The translations under genes were made by a program, and so were the position numbers. A stretch of 64,000 bases of DNA. It comes from Takakia lepidozioides. Taxonomy: Eukaryota > Plantae > Bryophyta. Within the stretch, counting starts at the first letter, position 1, and each line of letters opens with the position of its first letter. Positions 23,878-47,250 of the stretch are shown piece after piece. The stretch is from assembly GCA_030704615.1 (NCBI GenBank), contig CM060734.1, positions 45,260,001 to 45,324,000 of the forward strand. The letters run 5' to 3'. Below the pieces are notes generated by a model. The model saw nothing but the letters and a program-made list of their open reading frames with translations. It did no database searches and was not told where the DNA came from.

Positions 23878-24290
23878 GGCCACAGGGCTGTGGCAAACAA
23901 CGTCTTATGAGTACATTCTTTTCTGTAGGCCAGCTCCTATGTTTGCGGATGGGTTTGGTGCAAAAGGGTAGAAGACATTTTCAAGTATATAAATTATAGT
24001 AAGAATTGAGCCTCCTCGATGAAGCTGAACTGGAGGGGGTTGTGTCCAAAGCCATGTCTGATGCCCAAAGACTGTCCGATGACAATGAAGTTAGGCACAA
24101 AACTTGCCTGAGCTTGTTTCCAGTCTGTGACACTGGCGAGGACCTTAAGGATGATTTGGAGGCCTACCTACCCTCGGCACTAGAGAAATTTAAACTCATG
24201 GAGGGAAGCCTACCTTTGAACAATAAACAGATGCCAAGATGAAGAGGAGATTGTAATTACTGCACCTGCATACACTGCTTCATCCATCCA
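23878..24290 (+). mobile_element. Fragments of the same LINE family as 36003-39827
   Basis: ORF 24006-24242 (RLSDDNEVRHKTCLSLFPVCD) matches ORF 36350-36736 (RLSDENEVRQKTSLNLFPVCD); 3'-tail motif at 23878-23920. Confidence 0.8.
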
Positions 24291-25568
24291 CAGTGGATGG
24301 ATGATAGTAAGCCTCCTCAACCTCTAATTTCAGAGCAGCCCTACCGAGCATTCGACGTGTCAGCCCCTGATTGTGTCTGAGCAGGCCGGCCACTAACCGT
24401 GCGGTATGAATTTTGGATGACGATTCGGAAAACGTGGATGAACATCGTTTAAAGCCTGGTTCGCGCGTGCTGAATACCATGTCCTTATTCATCCCCCTCC
24501 CGCCCGCTACAGGACGTGGTAGATTTAGGGGAGGCTGCGAGCCGTGGATCTTCACTAGCACGTCGATTACAGCACGTCGATGCAAGGTACGGTCACGAAG
24601 ACATGCACATTTCGTAGTCATCCACATACAGCGTAGATACGGCGGATGACAGGTCTAGTGAGTGCTAATGAAAGTGTGACACGGTGGCGAGCAGCCTCCC
24701 CTCAGATCTACGACGCGGTCCCAACACATGGCATCCGATTGTTGCATGCGATAAGTAAGGCCCAAGTTGTATGGGCATCCCAAAGAATCGCCCCGAGATC
24801 GAATCACATGAGGGCTGCGTCCATGGAGACATTGTAAGGAAGAGGATGAGGGTCGATAGCATTGTAGCAATTCGACAGGATGTGATTGAATCCTCCAGCC
24901 TCCAGGATCTAAAGAAACAAACAGTTTATTTTGGTGGTGCCCGAAATTACTGACTGTTTTCGAAAGTTTGGGCTCACAAACGGTGGCCATTTGGAAGTGC
25001 AGGTCGTCTCTCTCTCTCAGCGGGACCTCAATCTTCCTTTCCGTTTGGTGAGTGGGATGCATGTAAGTGATGGTTGTTTATGTTGTGAAAAGACGCATGG
25101 AATTTTGGTTGCATTCTACAGTGTTCGCAGCTTCCGACTTCGCTCGGATGGGATTGCTTCCACAATGGGAATGAGCGTGGAATTTGTGGTATGACGGGTT
25201 CAAAAAGCAGTATGATGAAGGAAATCAAAGCGTATCCTGCCCAATATGCCCATTGAGCTTTGCCAGGTAACCCACTGTGTATGAGTATGAAAAGCACTGT
25301 ACGAATATGTGCCTCCCATGTTCACTTCTAGTGTCATTGGATTAAAGACTCTCACTGCACCTTCTTTTGCATAGGTTGTGAAGCTTGAGATTTCCGCAAT
25401 GCAAGCGAAATTTAGAACAGCCAAGTCACATCTAAATGCTTCTTGTCAACAGAAGTTGCAGCTTTCCTACCTTCCTACGATTCCCTTCTGTTCCTCTCCT
25501 AATCAGACTATATGTTGCTACTACTTGACTACTGGAATTCAGTGCAACAAAAGTGAAAACAGGAAACC

Positions 25569-28500
25569 ATGGACAACCACAAGAATATGGGGCTCCCCGC
25601 TTTTGAGTGCCCACCTGGCCTTCCATTCTCAGCCAGCTGCCCATCAGAAATGTACAGAGTCCAAGGCCAGAAAGCCATCATGGGCACCTGTGACCTCTGG
25701 ACAGATGGATTGCTATGTGCATATGAGTTCGTACCAGCACTAAAGAGCAAGTTCAAACTAGGGGGTGTTTTCGGGCAGAAAAGTGGGCCTATGCAAGGAA
25801 AATTTAACGCCGAAGTTACAGTGCAAGAATCACAAAATTTTGAACTCGGGGCACCAGGCCAGGACCACTTTGGCAGGCACTTGGAGGAAAATCCTGTTAG
25901 GAACAGTGAAGATCTGTTGGAAAATACAGAAGAGAGGAATGGACGGTCACCGCATTTGGGGCATGGACACATTGAAGAATTGCGAACAAGACAGGGCAAT
26001 ACACAGGATCTGGATGCTGATTTAGTTCCGGGTCATGCATGGGAGCAAACTAGGAGAAAGGAGAAAGGGAGCCATTGGGTCCCCATTGGTTGGGCTCGAC
26101 TGAGTGAGCTTGTTCAGACTGTACAGGTCAGCGTCTTTTTTCTTTTGCATTTGGGTTGTTTTCCGCAAAATCACGGTTCCTTGTGGAGAGTGTGAAAGAG
26201 TTATTTCAAAGTTTTCCTACTGCTGGATACACCGAAGTGTGCGTATTCGGTGAGCAGAGTTTGCAGGCACAGGGAACCCAAAGGCTCCCTTTTGAGAGAC
26301 ATACAGTCTCATTTCTCTGGCTGTCTAATCGACAGAGTTCGAGTGCAATCTTCACCCTCTATGTCAAGCCAGTGAGGTAAAACCAAAATGATTTTGCTAA
26401 GGATGATAGCTCCGTTTTGGACCTGACAACATGGAGCAAACTGATGTTCATGGAGCTTCTTGTTTTGGTTTTGTTTTCCCTGTGCTGCCCTATAGATGTG
26501 ATTACATACGATCATGACCAACTGTCAACCAAGCTTACCATACTGAACTGCCTCAATTTGCAGGTTGATGCTGAGTGGCAAATAGAGGAGCCACCTTCTG
26601 AGAACGACGATACGCTTAGCGTTGCTGATCTGGCAACCCCTTACTGGCAGTCACGAGCTGGACCAACATGGTGGTGTCATGTGGATGCACGGCACCCACA
26701 TATTCTGGCATGGCTTGCAAATGCAAACTGGCTGCACCCTGCCATCAGTGCTGCCCTTCGTGATGAGAACCGTCTTATCAGTGACCGCATGAAATATCTC
26801 TTTTATGAGGTTCCCTCATCTCTCTTATGATTGCCTACTGCTTTCAAGTTGTGCTAATTGAAGGGATGAGCATGGAGTTCCTATAATCTTCACATTCACA
26901 ACCTGAATGCTCTATGGATGAAACTGGGTGGCCGGGCAGGTACCAGTGCGTGTGGCAGGGGGTCTGCTGTTTGAGCTTCTTGGTCAGTCTGTTGGGGACC
27001 ACAATGAAGATGTGCCAGTAGTCTTACGAGCATGGCAAGCCCAAAATTTCTTAGTAACCTCGATGCATGTCAAGGGATTCATTCGTAACCTCAATGTGCT
27101 TGGGGTTATGGAAGTTCAGGTAAGTTGGATACACATCTCTTTTCAGTGTGGAGAGCTTGAATGGGAATTTGGCTTGTTGCTGTTTCCTTTGATGATGTAA
27201 AAGGTCATGTCAGCAATTTCATAGTTCTTAAAACCAGGGAAAGGATTCTTTGGTGGTAGTACTTGTGAGTTAACTCAGACGAAAATTTTCAGGATCTAGT
27301 TGGTGCAGGTGGAACTGAAGCGCCAAAATCTGTGCACGAAGTTATCGCCCAACTGGCTGGTAGCCTTGCCAGCTGGGATAATCGGTAATTCCACTTCTCT
27401 CTCTCTATCTCTGCACGAGGCTGTCTATGTTAGAGAATCTCTTGAAGAATTGACTTTGGGCTGCTTCTTGAGGGTCCCCCTTTCTTCTGTCCCATAAGCT
27501 CAAGTTTCTTTTCCTTCTTTCTATGTATATATGTATATACATCTCTCTCTCTCCCTCCCACTCCCTCTTATGCTCAGTCTGAATCGGGATGCAGTGGCTA
27601 TTGCCACAAGGCTACTGCAAGCAAAGTCTGAAGAGTCTCTTTCTGTCCCATAAGCTCTTTGGGCTTTCTGTCGACAGTATGAAATTCCTTTCTTTCTCTC
27701 TTTCTCTCGCTTTTATCTCTTCTTCCTGACATTGAATAGTTGTTTGTGGGCTTCTTGTTGGAGGTCCCACATTCGTTCTTTTGTCCCATGAGCTCTTTCA
27801 GCTTTCATTTCATTTCTCTTTTTCTGTGTGTTGTGTTTTTCTTTGTGTTAAATGAACAAGACCCCAGGGTCAGACTTCATTACAGAACCTCTTCACATAA
27901 CACCTTAGCAAAGCTGAGAGAAGCCACAAAGTGAACTAAAGAGGCCAGCATCCCTTCAAAGTCAAAGTAGAAGTCCTTGGAAAACAAAAGAAACCCAAAC
28001 TTCCAGAAGGAACTTGCAGCACAAGCTACCTCCACCGGCCCATCTTGGCACTGGAAGCCGCCCAAGCTTACATTATGAAGGGAACTGGCCTGAAGCTATG
28101 GGGATTGCATCATGACGAGAATCTGTCAAAAGCCTCCAGGATACAAGACCTTGTAGAGGCTTCCTGTGCAGGGTCCACACCTGTCAGGCATATCACACAT
28201 CTTCTCTCTCTTCTCTGTTCCGCTCAAACTGGGCGCGGGGCAATGGCCACAAGGCTACAGCAAACGTCTTATAAGTACATTCTCTCTCTTCTTTCTTATA
28301 AAGTACCGTTTCATTTCATTTCTCTTTTTGAAAACTCTCCAACTCTGAAAATCTTGAGTCTGAGCCTAAAGCCCTGGCCTGTTGGGGTCTAGTTGCTGGG
28401 CTGCTCACACATAGCACGTTGATACTTGTGTGAAGGGATTACTAGAGGATATCTGGAAAACCTGACTAATTGTAGTTATCAAGGTAAGTCGGTCTACTGG

Positions 28501-30221
28501 GGTGAGCACCTCCCTCACACAGGTAGTATCTGTTCCCTTTTGTTCTGCCCAAACTGGGCGCAGGGTCTATGCCTACGGCAAACAATGTTGTATGAATACA
28601 TTCTTCTCTCTCTACTTCTGTCTCCATGTCCGTCATGAGGGCTTTTCAACAGAGCATCTTGTTCCTTACATGAGATCCAGGCAGAATGTCGTTTTAGAGA
28701 TTCCTCATCCCTAGCATAAGCCTTCAGCTACAAGGAACTGGAGTGCTCCTTACGCAGATGGTGCTCTTTGTCTTCACGGAACGTTTGGGGGTCAGATTTC
28801 AATTTGGTGGTCCTACTGTGTGCCATTGGTCCCCCTAGGTCTTCATATTATTGTGATTGTAGGTGATGATCAGGTGCTTGGGGTGCAGACTTTTTCGCAA
28901 AAACTATTTTGGTGCAGCGGATGAAGTTGAACTCAAATTTGTAAACAGGTATGTCAAGTTGCCTCAGAGCTAGATCTCCGATTTGTAACGCTTAGTAGGG
29001 GAGGACTGTTTTCACAAAGGGTTCCTACTCTATCCCTTGTGCTGCATGCGATTAGGCAATAATGTGGCAAGAACACTGCAGGAGAGCAAACGAGGACCTG
29101 ACACTTTTGAGCATCATACTCAATCAGGAGATTCGTCGCCTTGCTACCCAGGTGATTATGTCAACTACGTTGAAAGCTTTGAAAGCTTGCATCTCTACTC
29201 TTATTGGTTTGTTTATATAAGAGCTTCCACTTTCCTGATTCATAGAACATGACAAGTTGCTGTACATAGTCTAACCAGAGCTCCAGCATCTCAATGGAGA
29301 GAGAGAAGTACTACTCGACATTTGCTATGATGCGCATAGATCCGAGGATTAAAACTCCTCAAGCTGATTGGGCATCCAGCCCACCATGGAATGTGACATG
29401 GCTCACTACTAGGGGAAGCTTTGAGCTGTGGGGAGTCTAAGAACGAAAGGAACTGTCATGGGCTTGAATACAGTGGTCCTTGGGCGTTTGTTATTTCATC
29501 CAAGTCTTACCGTGGAAACACAGGTGATAAGAGTAAAATGGTCCCTGCATGCAAGGGAGGAGATTGTGCATGAGCTGTCAACACATTTGAAAGGCAAAGA
29601 TACATTGAGAATTTTGGATCGTGTTCGGCAAAGCACAAGGGATATGTTAGATGAGCAAGAAGGGGCACGAAACCGTCTGTTCACTGTTCAGGACGTGATG
29701 CAAAGTAATGTACGCGCATGGCTGCAGGTACTCTCCCCACCTGTTGTATCCACTCAGCAATCCCTCTATCTTATTTGCTATTTCTCTTCCCTATTCTTCT
29801 TGGTCCCACGTATACTGATTCCACTGATTGTCCTTTGCAGGAAAAGAGTATTAGAGTCCAACATAACCTTGCTGTGATCGGAGGTGGGGGCCTCTTGCTC
29901 TCAGTTTTAGTGGGCCTCTTTGGCATCAATGTGGATGGCATTCCTGGCCAAAAAAATTCACCCTATGCTTTTGCAATCTTCTCAGCGTGTCTAGTGCTCT
30001 TGGGAGTTGCTGTGATTGGTCTTGGAGTGGTGTATCTGGGCATGAAGAAGCCTCCCACTGAAGAACAAGTTACCTCCCGAAAGATAGAGCTACAGGAGTT
30101 TGTGAAAACATTTCAGCGAGCAGCCGAAGCCCATGAGAATGTCAGAAATCTGTCTTCGAATGATGAGGAGGATGTGGCTCTAAATACTAGCCTAGACAGG
30201 GATTACATCCTTATGGCTTAA
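25569..30221 (+). CDS. Plant CorA-like (Mg transporter-like) family membrane protein; exons 25569-26126, 26564-26809, 26940-27119, 27293-27384, 28889-28948, 29082-29151, 29524-29727, 29841-30221
   Basis: Blocks DLWTDGLLCAYEFV, HWVPIGWARLSELVQ, GPTWWCHV, VPVRVAGGLLFELLGQS, NQEIRRLATQVIRVKWSLHAREEI; two C-terminal TM helices with GLFGINVDGIPG (GxN loop); GT-AG introns. Start codon uncertain. Confidence 0.85.
27900..28620 (+). mobile_element. LINE 3' fragments inside intron 4 of the CorA-like gene
   Basis: Two copies of the CAAACTGGGCGC.GGG...AAAC...ATGAGTACA-like tail plus TC run (~28244-28290, ~28555-28612), matching the 3' end of the LINE at 36003-36300. Confidence 0.7.
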
Positions 30222-31646
30222 AGGCATCCTCCCCTTACTTCTAGTGGAAATAAACAACATCATCCTCGCCACATCTGCTTGGCTAGAGGGAGTAAGGCAG
30301 GAGGCAATGCTTGTGGTAGCTTTTGTTGGCCTCATAACATGCCCAGTTGCAAGCTGGGAAGAGAATAAAGGGAGCGTACTCTGACTCCAACTTCTGGGGC
30401 CTCGCCGCTGTTGGTCTAGCTGGTACTGGAGACTTGGAATTTCTATGTTGTGAACATTCAACATTGGTGACATTCCTGGTAACTGCCGCCCATCCAGCAT
30501 GTCTAATAGACAAACTGGGTGCAGGGTTTATTGCCACAAAGCTTCGGAAATTAAGAGTACATTCGATTAGCCAGCACAGAATCCCAGACAATATGCCCAC
30601 TGCATAGTGCAACTTGTCTTCGTCATTGTTGCTCTTTCATGGAAATAAAATGAAAGTGTATCAAGGGCCTCAGAAGTCCCAGACAGAAAGTCATGCAGAT
30701 AAATGGGCAATATTCATTATCATCACCTGCAGGTGTGTACATTTCTAGCAATGAAAGATCTCATTCCCAGAGATCAAAATAAGAACCTTCATGCAGCAAG
30801 CCAAAATCTGTTTCTTTGTAATCTTTTGTTTCTGGAAGCTCTGTAACCCACTAAATCTGTGCTTACTAATGGAGGTTCAACATTACTATTATACAAACTT
30901 GCCACCCAACACTCAAGGGGGAGATGCTGGTACATATAGAGCATCTGGCCATACAACTGAAGAGTGCATCTTGAGACGTGGAAGAAAATGGTGACACCGA
31001 CTACTACATTCAACTTTCTCCCCAATACCTAACAGAGAAGGATCTCATTAATGGTGTACAGCTTAACAGGCTTTCAACTTTCAACCCTGCCCAAATGAGT
31101 TGGATTGTCAATTTGGAACTGAGCAGTGAGTTCCAAGTATCTGGATTCCAAACCCATCAAGTTTGCCTTACATGTGGAGGGCAAGACATTGAGTCCAAGC
31201 CACTCTGCAACACTTACAGGAATGACCAGTGCTACCAGCCTCCATGGAGAAACTTGGAAGCTTGGATTGCAGTCCAAAATGACCTCATCGCGTAAAAAGG
31301 ACCCAATCAATTTGATATGCACACCTTCAGCACCATGGAGGGCCAAGGTGTGCTCCTGGGTCATTCGGGCCAAGAAGCCACTAGTGTTGATCGACAAGGT
31401 CCTCAATGTCTCATTAGCAGTAGCTCAGGACCACTCATATAATAGTGACATGGATTGGGGTGCAGTTCAGATTTGACCAATCCTATCTTCGGCAAAAACC
31501 AGGCAAGAGTCCGTTTTGAAACATGAGATGCACACAAGCACAGATGGCAGCACCTATTAGACTACCAAATGCAGTGCAATCAAAGAGGTACACCTACCTT
31601 GTCCTGAGCATGTTTGCACTGTCAGAATAAGGAGGTCGCAATAACT

Positions 31647-33886
31647 CTATTCTGTTGCATGCCTCTTTCTTTTTTTGGTTGACGACTTCGTGACTCCATA
31701 CGAGGCTAAACGAGACTGATCCAAAAATGCAGCTGGGCCTGATTTCTTCCTCCTTCGCTTTTTGCTCTTCTTCACAACTTCAGCTCTCACCTCATTCCCG
31801 TCAGTGGTGGTAGCGCCAGTCTCCTTTGGTTGGTCACCCTCACTCACGGATGTCCCTGGCTCCAGTTTGCTTGGAGCACTGGCCTCCCCCTTTGCATGAC
31901 TACTATGAAGTCTATTTTTGGCAGCTTTCGCTTTACTGAAACTCTGCTCCTGGTTTAAAGCCTGTTTCTTCCTTCCCTTTTGACTCAACCGCAAGTGTCG
32001 AGGAACCTCCCACTCCTCTGTTCGATAAGGGGCCAATTTTTTTATAGAAACAATCTGATTGAGATCCTTGTCATCTGTATTAAGAATCTCCTTTACCTTC
32101 AGCCCATAGTTTGATGGATTTATTTGTCGGTATTTGAACCTGGTAGGAAGATCACCAACCATGTCTTCATAGTCCAGTTTGTAATAATCCTCCAGGCGCT
32201 TGTCAAAGGCGAATTTCTCTTTCGATGATATCTTTTGCTTCTCATGTACAGCAGCAAAGCCTACCTTCTTATCCGAGTCCTTTGGCAGTCCCAACGCTTC
32301 ATCCTCATCCTCAAAATTAGGCTTCTCTATGATATCCATGTTCTCGTCTTCATCAAGTTCAGCATCCTCTGCACCATAATAATCCTCCCCAAAAGCTTTC
32401 TTCATTTTCTTGTCATACTCGTCAGGATCAAAATCTTCCTCCAAATCCTCCTCGTCCAGAACTGACAACCCTCCAGAGCTGGCACCAGCAACAGTCCTTA
32501 TTTTTTCCAGCTTCTCCATGAGCTCTTTCTTCTTTAAGTTCTTCAGACGCTTCAACTCCTCCTGTCTTAGTTTAGCTTCTTCCAATATTCTCTCCTCCTT
32601 CTTCATCCTTTGTTTCTTTCGAGCATCGGGTTTCTTGCGAACAGAACCTTCAACCATCCTTGAATGTCCCATGACCTGAGCAACTCCCCCTTCCTGAAAT
32701 CGAAAATTAAATTCAGCTTCATACTTGTCTTGTTTATCCAGATCATCTTCCTCTTCACTGACTTCCCCAACAACCTCTTGGTACGAGGGTGTCCGGTTTA
32801 GGTCACGATCAATCCAACCTTGATTGAGAAGATAATCTTTCAGGAACTTCTCATTTTCATCTAGGCCATCATCCTTGCCAAAGTAACTCTCTAGCCTGCG
32901 AGCAATGTCAACATCCTTTTTGCGCTGCTCCGCCTCCTGCACTGCTGCTTCATCGTCTTCCTTGTCCCTTACTAGTTCCTCCTGTGTCTTGTGTCTCACT
33001 CTTAGTAGGCCACCTGAGACAAACACAACAGGAGAGGGCATTCAACATTTTGCGTGGTCCATGGACTGTGTGGCGATTGGTTAGGTCAGAAAAAGCCTTC
33101 CTGTTCCAGAAAAATGAGAGAACGATTTGGAGACATTAACATCACTTGGAAGCCAGAAATTGACTCCAACAATGCTTCGGTTGGCGTCATCTCTCTCTCT
33201 GAAAACACATCCACATACCACACCCATGTGGATAAATAACACCGCTTGTGGGACAAGGAGAGCGAGGACACGGATAAGAATAAGCGAGAAGAGGGAGCAA
33301 CTCACTAACAGCAGATTACTCTACAGCGCACACCTTCATCGTCCGAATCCGCCTCTGCTGCACTTCGTAAGAACGCATCCTTCAATTCCTTCTGCTCATC
33401 CGCATAAGTGCGAGGAGGAGCGGCTCGCCTTCGGGGCCTCTCATCCTCATCATCACCGCCATCTAGTAGATGCTGCGCCACCACGTCTTTCAGATACAAT
33501 GGTTTCTTTTTTTCCGCATGCTCTCCTTCTCCATCCCCCTCCTCCTCCTCCTCATCAACATCGTCATAGAACGTCGCTCCAGGCTCATAAATATCGGGAT
33601 CCCGCCTCTTAATCTTTGAAAGCGTTTCGAATATCTGTGCATCTGTGCGGACAGGGAGAAGGCCCTCGTCATCCTCCTCCTCGGAATCGGATTCATCGGA
33701 ACCTCCAGCACGGCCCTGCTTTTCAAGCTCCTGCAGGCGATGGAGATCTTCGCGCTTCTTGTTGTGCACAAAGCGCTTGGCATAATCTTGATTCACAGTA
33801 ATCCGAGCCTCCTCCTCACCCCCGTCATCTTCGTCATCTTCAAGCAAAGATCTGCTCGCCTCGCTCCCCCGTCTCCGGCCCATCAT
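31647..33886 (-). CDS. KRI1: KRI1 homolog (40S ribosome biogenesis factor); exons 33886-33334 and 33013-31647; 639 aa
   Basis: YAKRFVHNKKREDLHRL, FLKDYLLNQGW, FNFRFQE, RQEELKRLKNLKKKE, YKLDYEDMVGDLPTRFKYR, LNQIVSIKKLAPYR; spliced length 1920 nt is in frame. Confidence 0.92.
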
Positions 33887-33934
33887 CGCAGCCACAACTC
33901 GGACCTCTCTATCCTCTCTCCTCACACCATCCAC

Positions 33935-33952
33935 CCCTAACCCTAACCCTAA
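33935..33952. promoter_or_regulatory. Telo-box-like (CCCTAA)3 just upstream of the KRI1 ATG
   Basis: Three CCCTAA hexamers ~50 bp from the start codon. Confidence 0.4.
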
Positions 33953-34848
33953 CCCCTCTCCCCCCCAACTTTTTTTTTTTGATTTTTGTTTTTTCAAATT
34001 GCCCTGGAAGCTTTATTTGGAATTTTCGCCGGCCTCAACTCTTACGTATTGTTTTAATTACGCAACCGAATTTATTTAACCATAGAATCATGACCGGGAG
34101 CTGGACGAAACATTGATCACCCGTCCGTTCACTCACAAACTTGTCGTCGATGGGGATGATTGATGGATGTGTGACAGATAGAGACATCCATTTTGCTGTA
34201 ATAGAACTCCCTGGCCTCATGAGCAGCGTGAAGAAGAATGCTGTGTACCCCAAATTGCAAAGACATCATCTTACTTGAGCCATCACCTCCGCATCAAGTT
34301 CGACAGAGAGACAAGTGATGATCATCATTTACCACTTACAACAAGGTCTGAATGAATCGCTGGCATCCCAGCTGAGCGATTAACGCACTCCTATTTCTGC
34401 AGGGACTTCCAGTAGCACCAGCTACGTGGTGCATCCACAGATGCAGCTGCCCCAATGGCTTAAAGAGCTAATTTCCAAGTGTTCCGTACCCCCTCCATAG
34501 AATAACAAGAGCTTATACAGGGTCCAATATGCAGTCACCATAATGGCCCCAGCTAAATGTACAGTGTGAGTGCATGAAGAATCTTCCAGGCCATGGAGGC
34601 CAAAATGCCAGATGAGCAATCAGGTTTCTATAAGCTCTGCTGTTGCTGCTACTGGATGTATCTTCCTATACACTAAATTATGGAGGAAGCAGATGTGAGA
34701 GAGATTAGTGGAACATAATAATAACACATGAGATTCCCCACTCTACGGTCTCTATGAAAAAAACAGAGGCTAGACTCCTTCTCGAGCGCAACCATCCACA
34801 TGGAGTGAGAAGGATTGTTTCCCCAACAATCGATGGAAGAGCAAATGT

Positions 34849-44321
<9,473 letters not shown>

Positions 44322-45195
44322 CGCTATCGCCCCTCCCTCCCCTCCCTCTCTCTCTCTCTTCACTCTCCTCCCCTTCTCTCGCCGGCAGTTTCGCCACCAC
44401 ACGCAGTTCCCTGGAACGCTTGGCGAAACACGGCTCTCCCACCTGGCTATTGCACACTCGTTGCCGACACCGTCCCTCGCCACTCCCTCCCTCCCTCCCT
44501 CACCCTCTCCGTCTCCGTCTCCCTCTTCCTCTCTCTATCATTGTCCTTCCTGCGGACACACTGACGCCACGCTATGGAGGTGGATCATATCCTTGTGTAC
44601 TGCTATTCCTGGTCAAGTGTTCTTAAAGGTCTTGCGATCAATGACAACGCTGAGACGAGACGAGGGGATGTACAGTACAAGACAACATGTGCTTGCGAGA
44701 TTGGCAGTGACGACGGGTTGAACAAGGTTTTTGCAAGCGCTTCGCTGTGGCGTGCCTCTGATGAACTTCGTGAAGGTAATTCGAGAGGCATGACGCTTGG
44801 TTAGAATCTGTGAGTGTTGGAAAGTATGGTGAGCGCCGTGTGTGGTGCTGGTCCGAGCGCTGGCAGGTGTAGTGTGGAATCGGGCCCACCGCACCGCCCC
44901 GCTCCTGCACGTAAAACAGGTCTACTGTTCTAGTGCTGCCTTTTGAGACGCGAGTCCTCGAGCCCACCGCATGGTACTTGGAGTACTCCGGTCCATTCTG
45001 CGCACTCGTTCCTCAGCATGTGCCGGTGTGGTTGGGTATGTCTTGGGGGCTTATACCCCCACTATACCCTGCACCCTCGGGTGTTGAACATTGGACCTAC
45101 TCCCTACCTACCATACCGCTCTAAGTATGGACTATTTTCATACTCCTTCAGACCTATATTGAGGATTGATAAACCCAAGCTAGCATGGGTATGTG

Positions 45196-45562
45196 TAGGG
45201 TAAAACACCCTATGACCGTTATATTTCCTATGATCGTTCACCTCATAATTGCTTGGGTCAGGCCTGCATGTGCGACCATGGCTAGGCCCAAGACTGCTCA
45301 TTTTTGCCACTTGGCAAACAGTTGTTTGATAAAACCCCCAAGAAATATGAGTGGTCATAAGGGCTCAAACTTCACACAAGCATTTGGATTGGTTCAACTT
45401 TGAAACCCCATAACTTTATGTGGATTTCATGAAATCATGCACTTCCAAATGTGTTGGGATGCGTGGGGCATCTTATCAATTTATCCCGGGTAAAAACGAC
45501 AAAAATTCACCGTTAGATCTTTCGCCATCTTTAGATGAACGGTCATAGGGTGTTCTACCCTA
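45196..45562. mobile_element. MITE with terminal inverted repeats and TA flanks
   Basis: TAGGGTAAAACACCCTATGACCGTT (45196-45220) matches the reverse complement of 45538-45562 at 24/25 positions; non-coding interior. Confidence 0.85.
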
Positions 45563-46299
45563 ACGATACTCCTTATTTGTGCTTATCCTCATTCACATTT
45601 GTGCATTAATGTAGAACATAACATTATATCTTTGCAAATTTTATTCCAAAAAAATAAAGAAATCATTCTCTACATATCCTATCTTTACACATACATAATA
45701 TATACTCCTAATATGTCATACCATATACTTGCACATATAGACCTAGTATCTACATTTAAAATTTGACTTACTCATGCCTAAGATCAGGGTATGGCCCACA
45801 TATGAATACTCATACCCGCCATGTACCCTATCCAGGCGGCCCCACGGTGATGTACACTGGGCTTTACCATCTTGGCCTTAAAGGTCGATTAGGTATATCA
45901 TGACCAGCCCGGTATGTTAAAATGGACATACCAGTACAATACTGGTTCGAACCGGATAATGAATGAGATTCATCGTGTCCCATCCAACATTGAATATGTA
46001 ATATTTTACCTATTCAAGCAGCTATTGAATAGGTGCACTGACCATGATGCTCGAACAATGCCCATTCAATTGATAATATATAATTTAAGTCGTTCACATA
46101 TAATTGGAGGTATATGGACTCAATACAATCAGTAATAAAGTAATAAAAGGGTTGATCCATGATATCGCCTAAACCCTAAAAGTATTGTTTGATTCATAAT
46201 ATTTCATATTTAATATTTGACGCCTCCCGAAGGAAGCGTAAATTATTCTGTCTCTTCGTGCCGAAGGGTTATTGCCTTCTACTAGGAAGGTGGACACCT

Positions 46300-46378
46300 T
46301 TGTGACACCAAGGGTGGATTGAACCCACAACCACTTCAGTAGGTGGTATGTACTGATTACCACCACGCTACAACTTGG
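46300..46378 (-). repeat. Degenerate tRNA-derived SINE-like head
   Basis: Minus strand has TAGCGTGGTGG (A box-like) and GGTTCAATCC (B box) at Pol III spacing. Confidence 0.4.
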
Positions 46379-47084
46379 CTGTCTTTGATTCATAATGTTT
46401 TATTAATATGTCACTTACTGATTGAAAATAATATCCCATCTTGATTTAGTACGGTAGTACGTGATGTATTGAAAAACCGACATTTTTAAGTCAAAAGAAG
46501 CAATATACCCAAAATATTCAAAAATAATATCGTATAACAAACATTTATATTTGTAATATTTATTCATTCGAAGATGGTACTATATATATATATATATTCA
46601 ATCATATTCAATTATATTTTACACAATTGTATAATCCAAAGTTATATTAATTAGAAATATCAAAATCATAATATCGTAGATGGTAGAAACATCATACCCG
46701 ACAAGTACAACAACGACACATTCATAGTGATTCTTGTCGGGGGCGATCCGTATTTGCAACGTATGTCATTCCTGCAACAAACAGTCGTCCCTTAGACTTA
46801 AGACCACAAAATAAAAACAGAAAAATAAACAAAAGTAAACACAAAAGTACAAAACAAAAGAATGAAATGAAAAACATTGCAATACAACAAGTAGGCATAG
46901 TGGATTGAGGCTTGCCTTGAGAGCTCGTGGAAGAAGCGCACGTTCAAATAAGGGCTTGCAATTCTTATAGTGTGCAATTAGCCCCTAACAATTAATGCTA
47001 TGAAAGATCTATTAAAATTTATCGTCCATTGGGTAAAGACTACCATTCGTTGGACGCAAACGTGCATCGTTGCAAACCACTGTT

Positions 47085-47250
47085 GAACTTTGGATGGTAA
47101 GGAACATGCACCGTTGGACGGAATGGAACGGCCATTGGATTTTGGATGGTAAATGGTTGTGCAATCGTTGGACTTTGGATGGTAAGGGACATGCACCGTT
47201 GGACGGAATGGAACGGCCGTTGGATTTTGGATGGTAAATGGTTGTGCATT
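47085..47250. repeat. ~83-bp tandem duplication with internal GATTTTGGATGGTAA subrepeats
   Basis: ACATGCACCGTTGGACGGAATGGAACGGCC.TTGGATTTTGGATGGTAAATGGTTGTGCA occurs twice. Confidence 0.8.
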
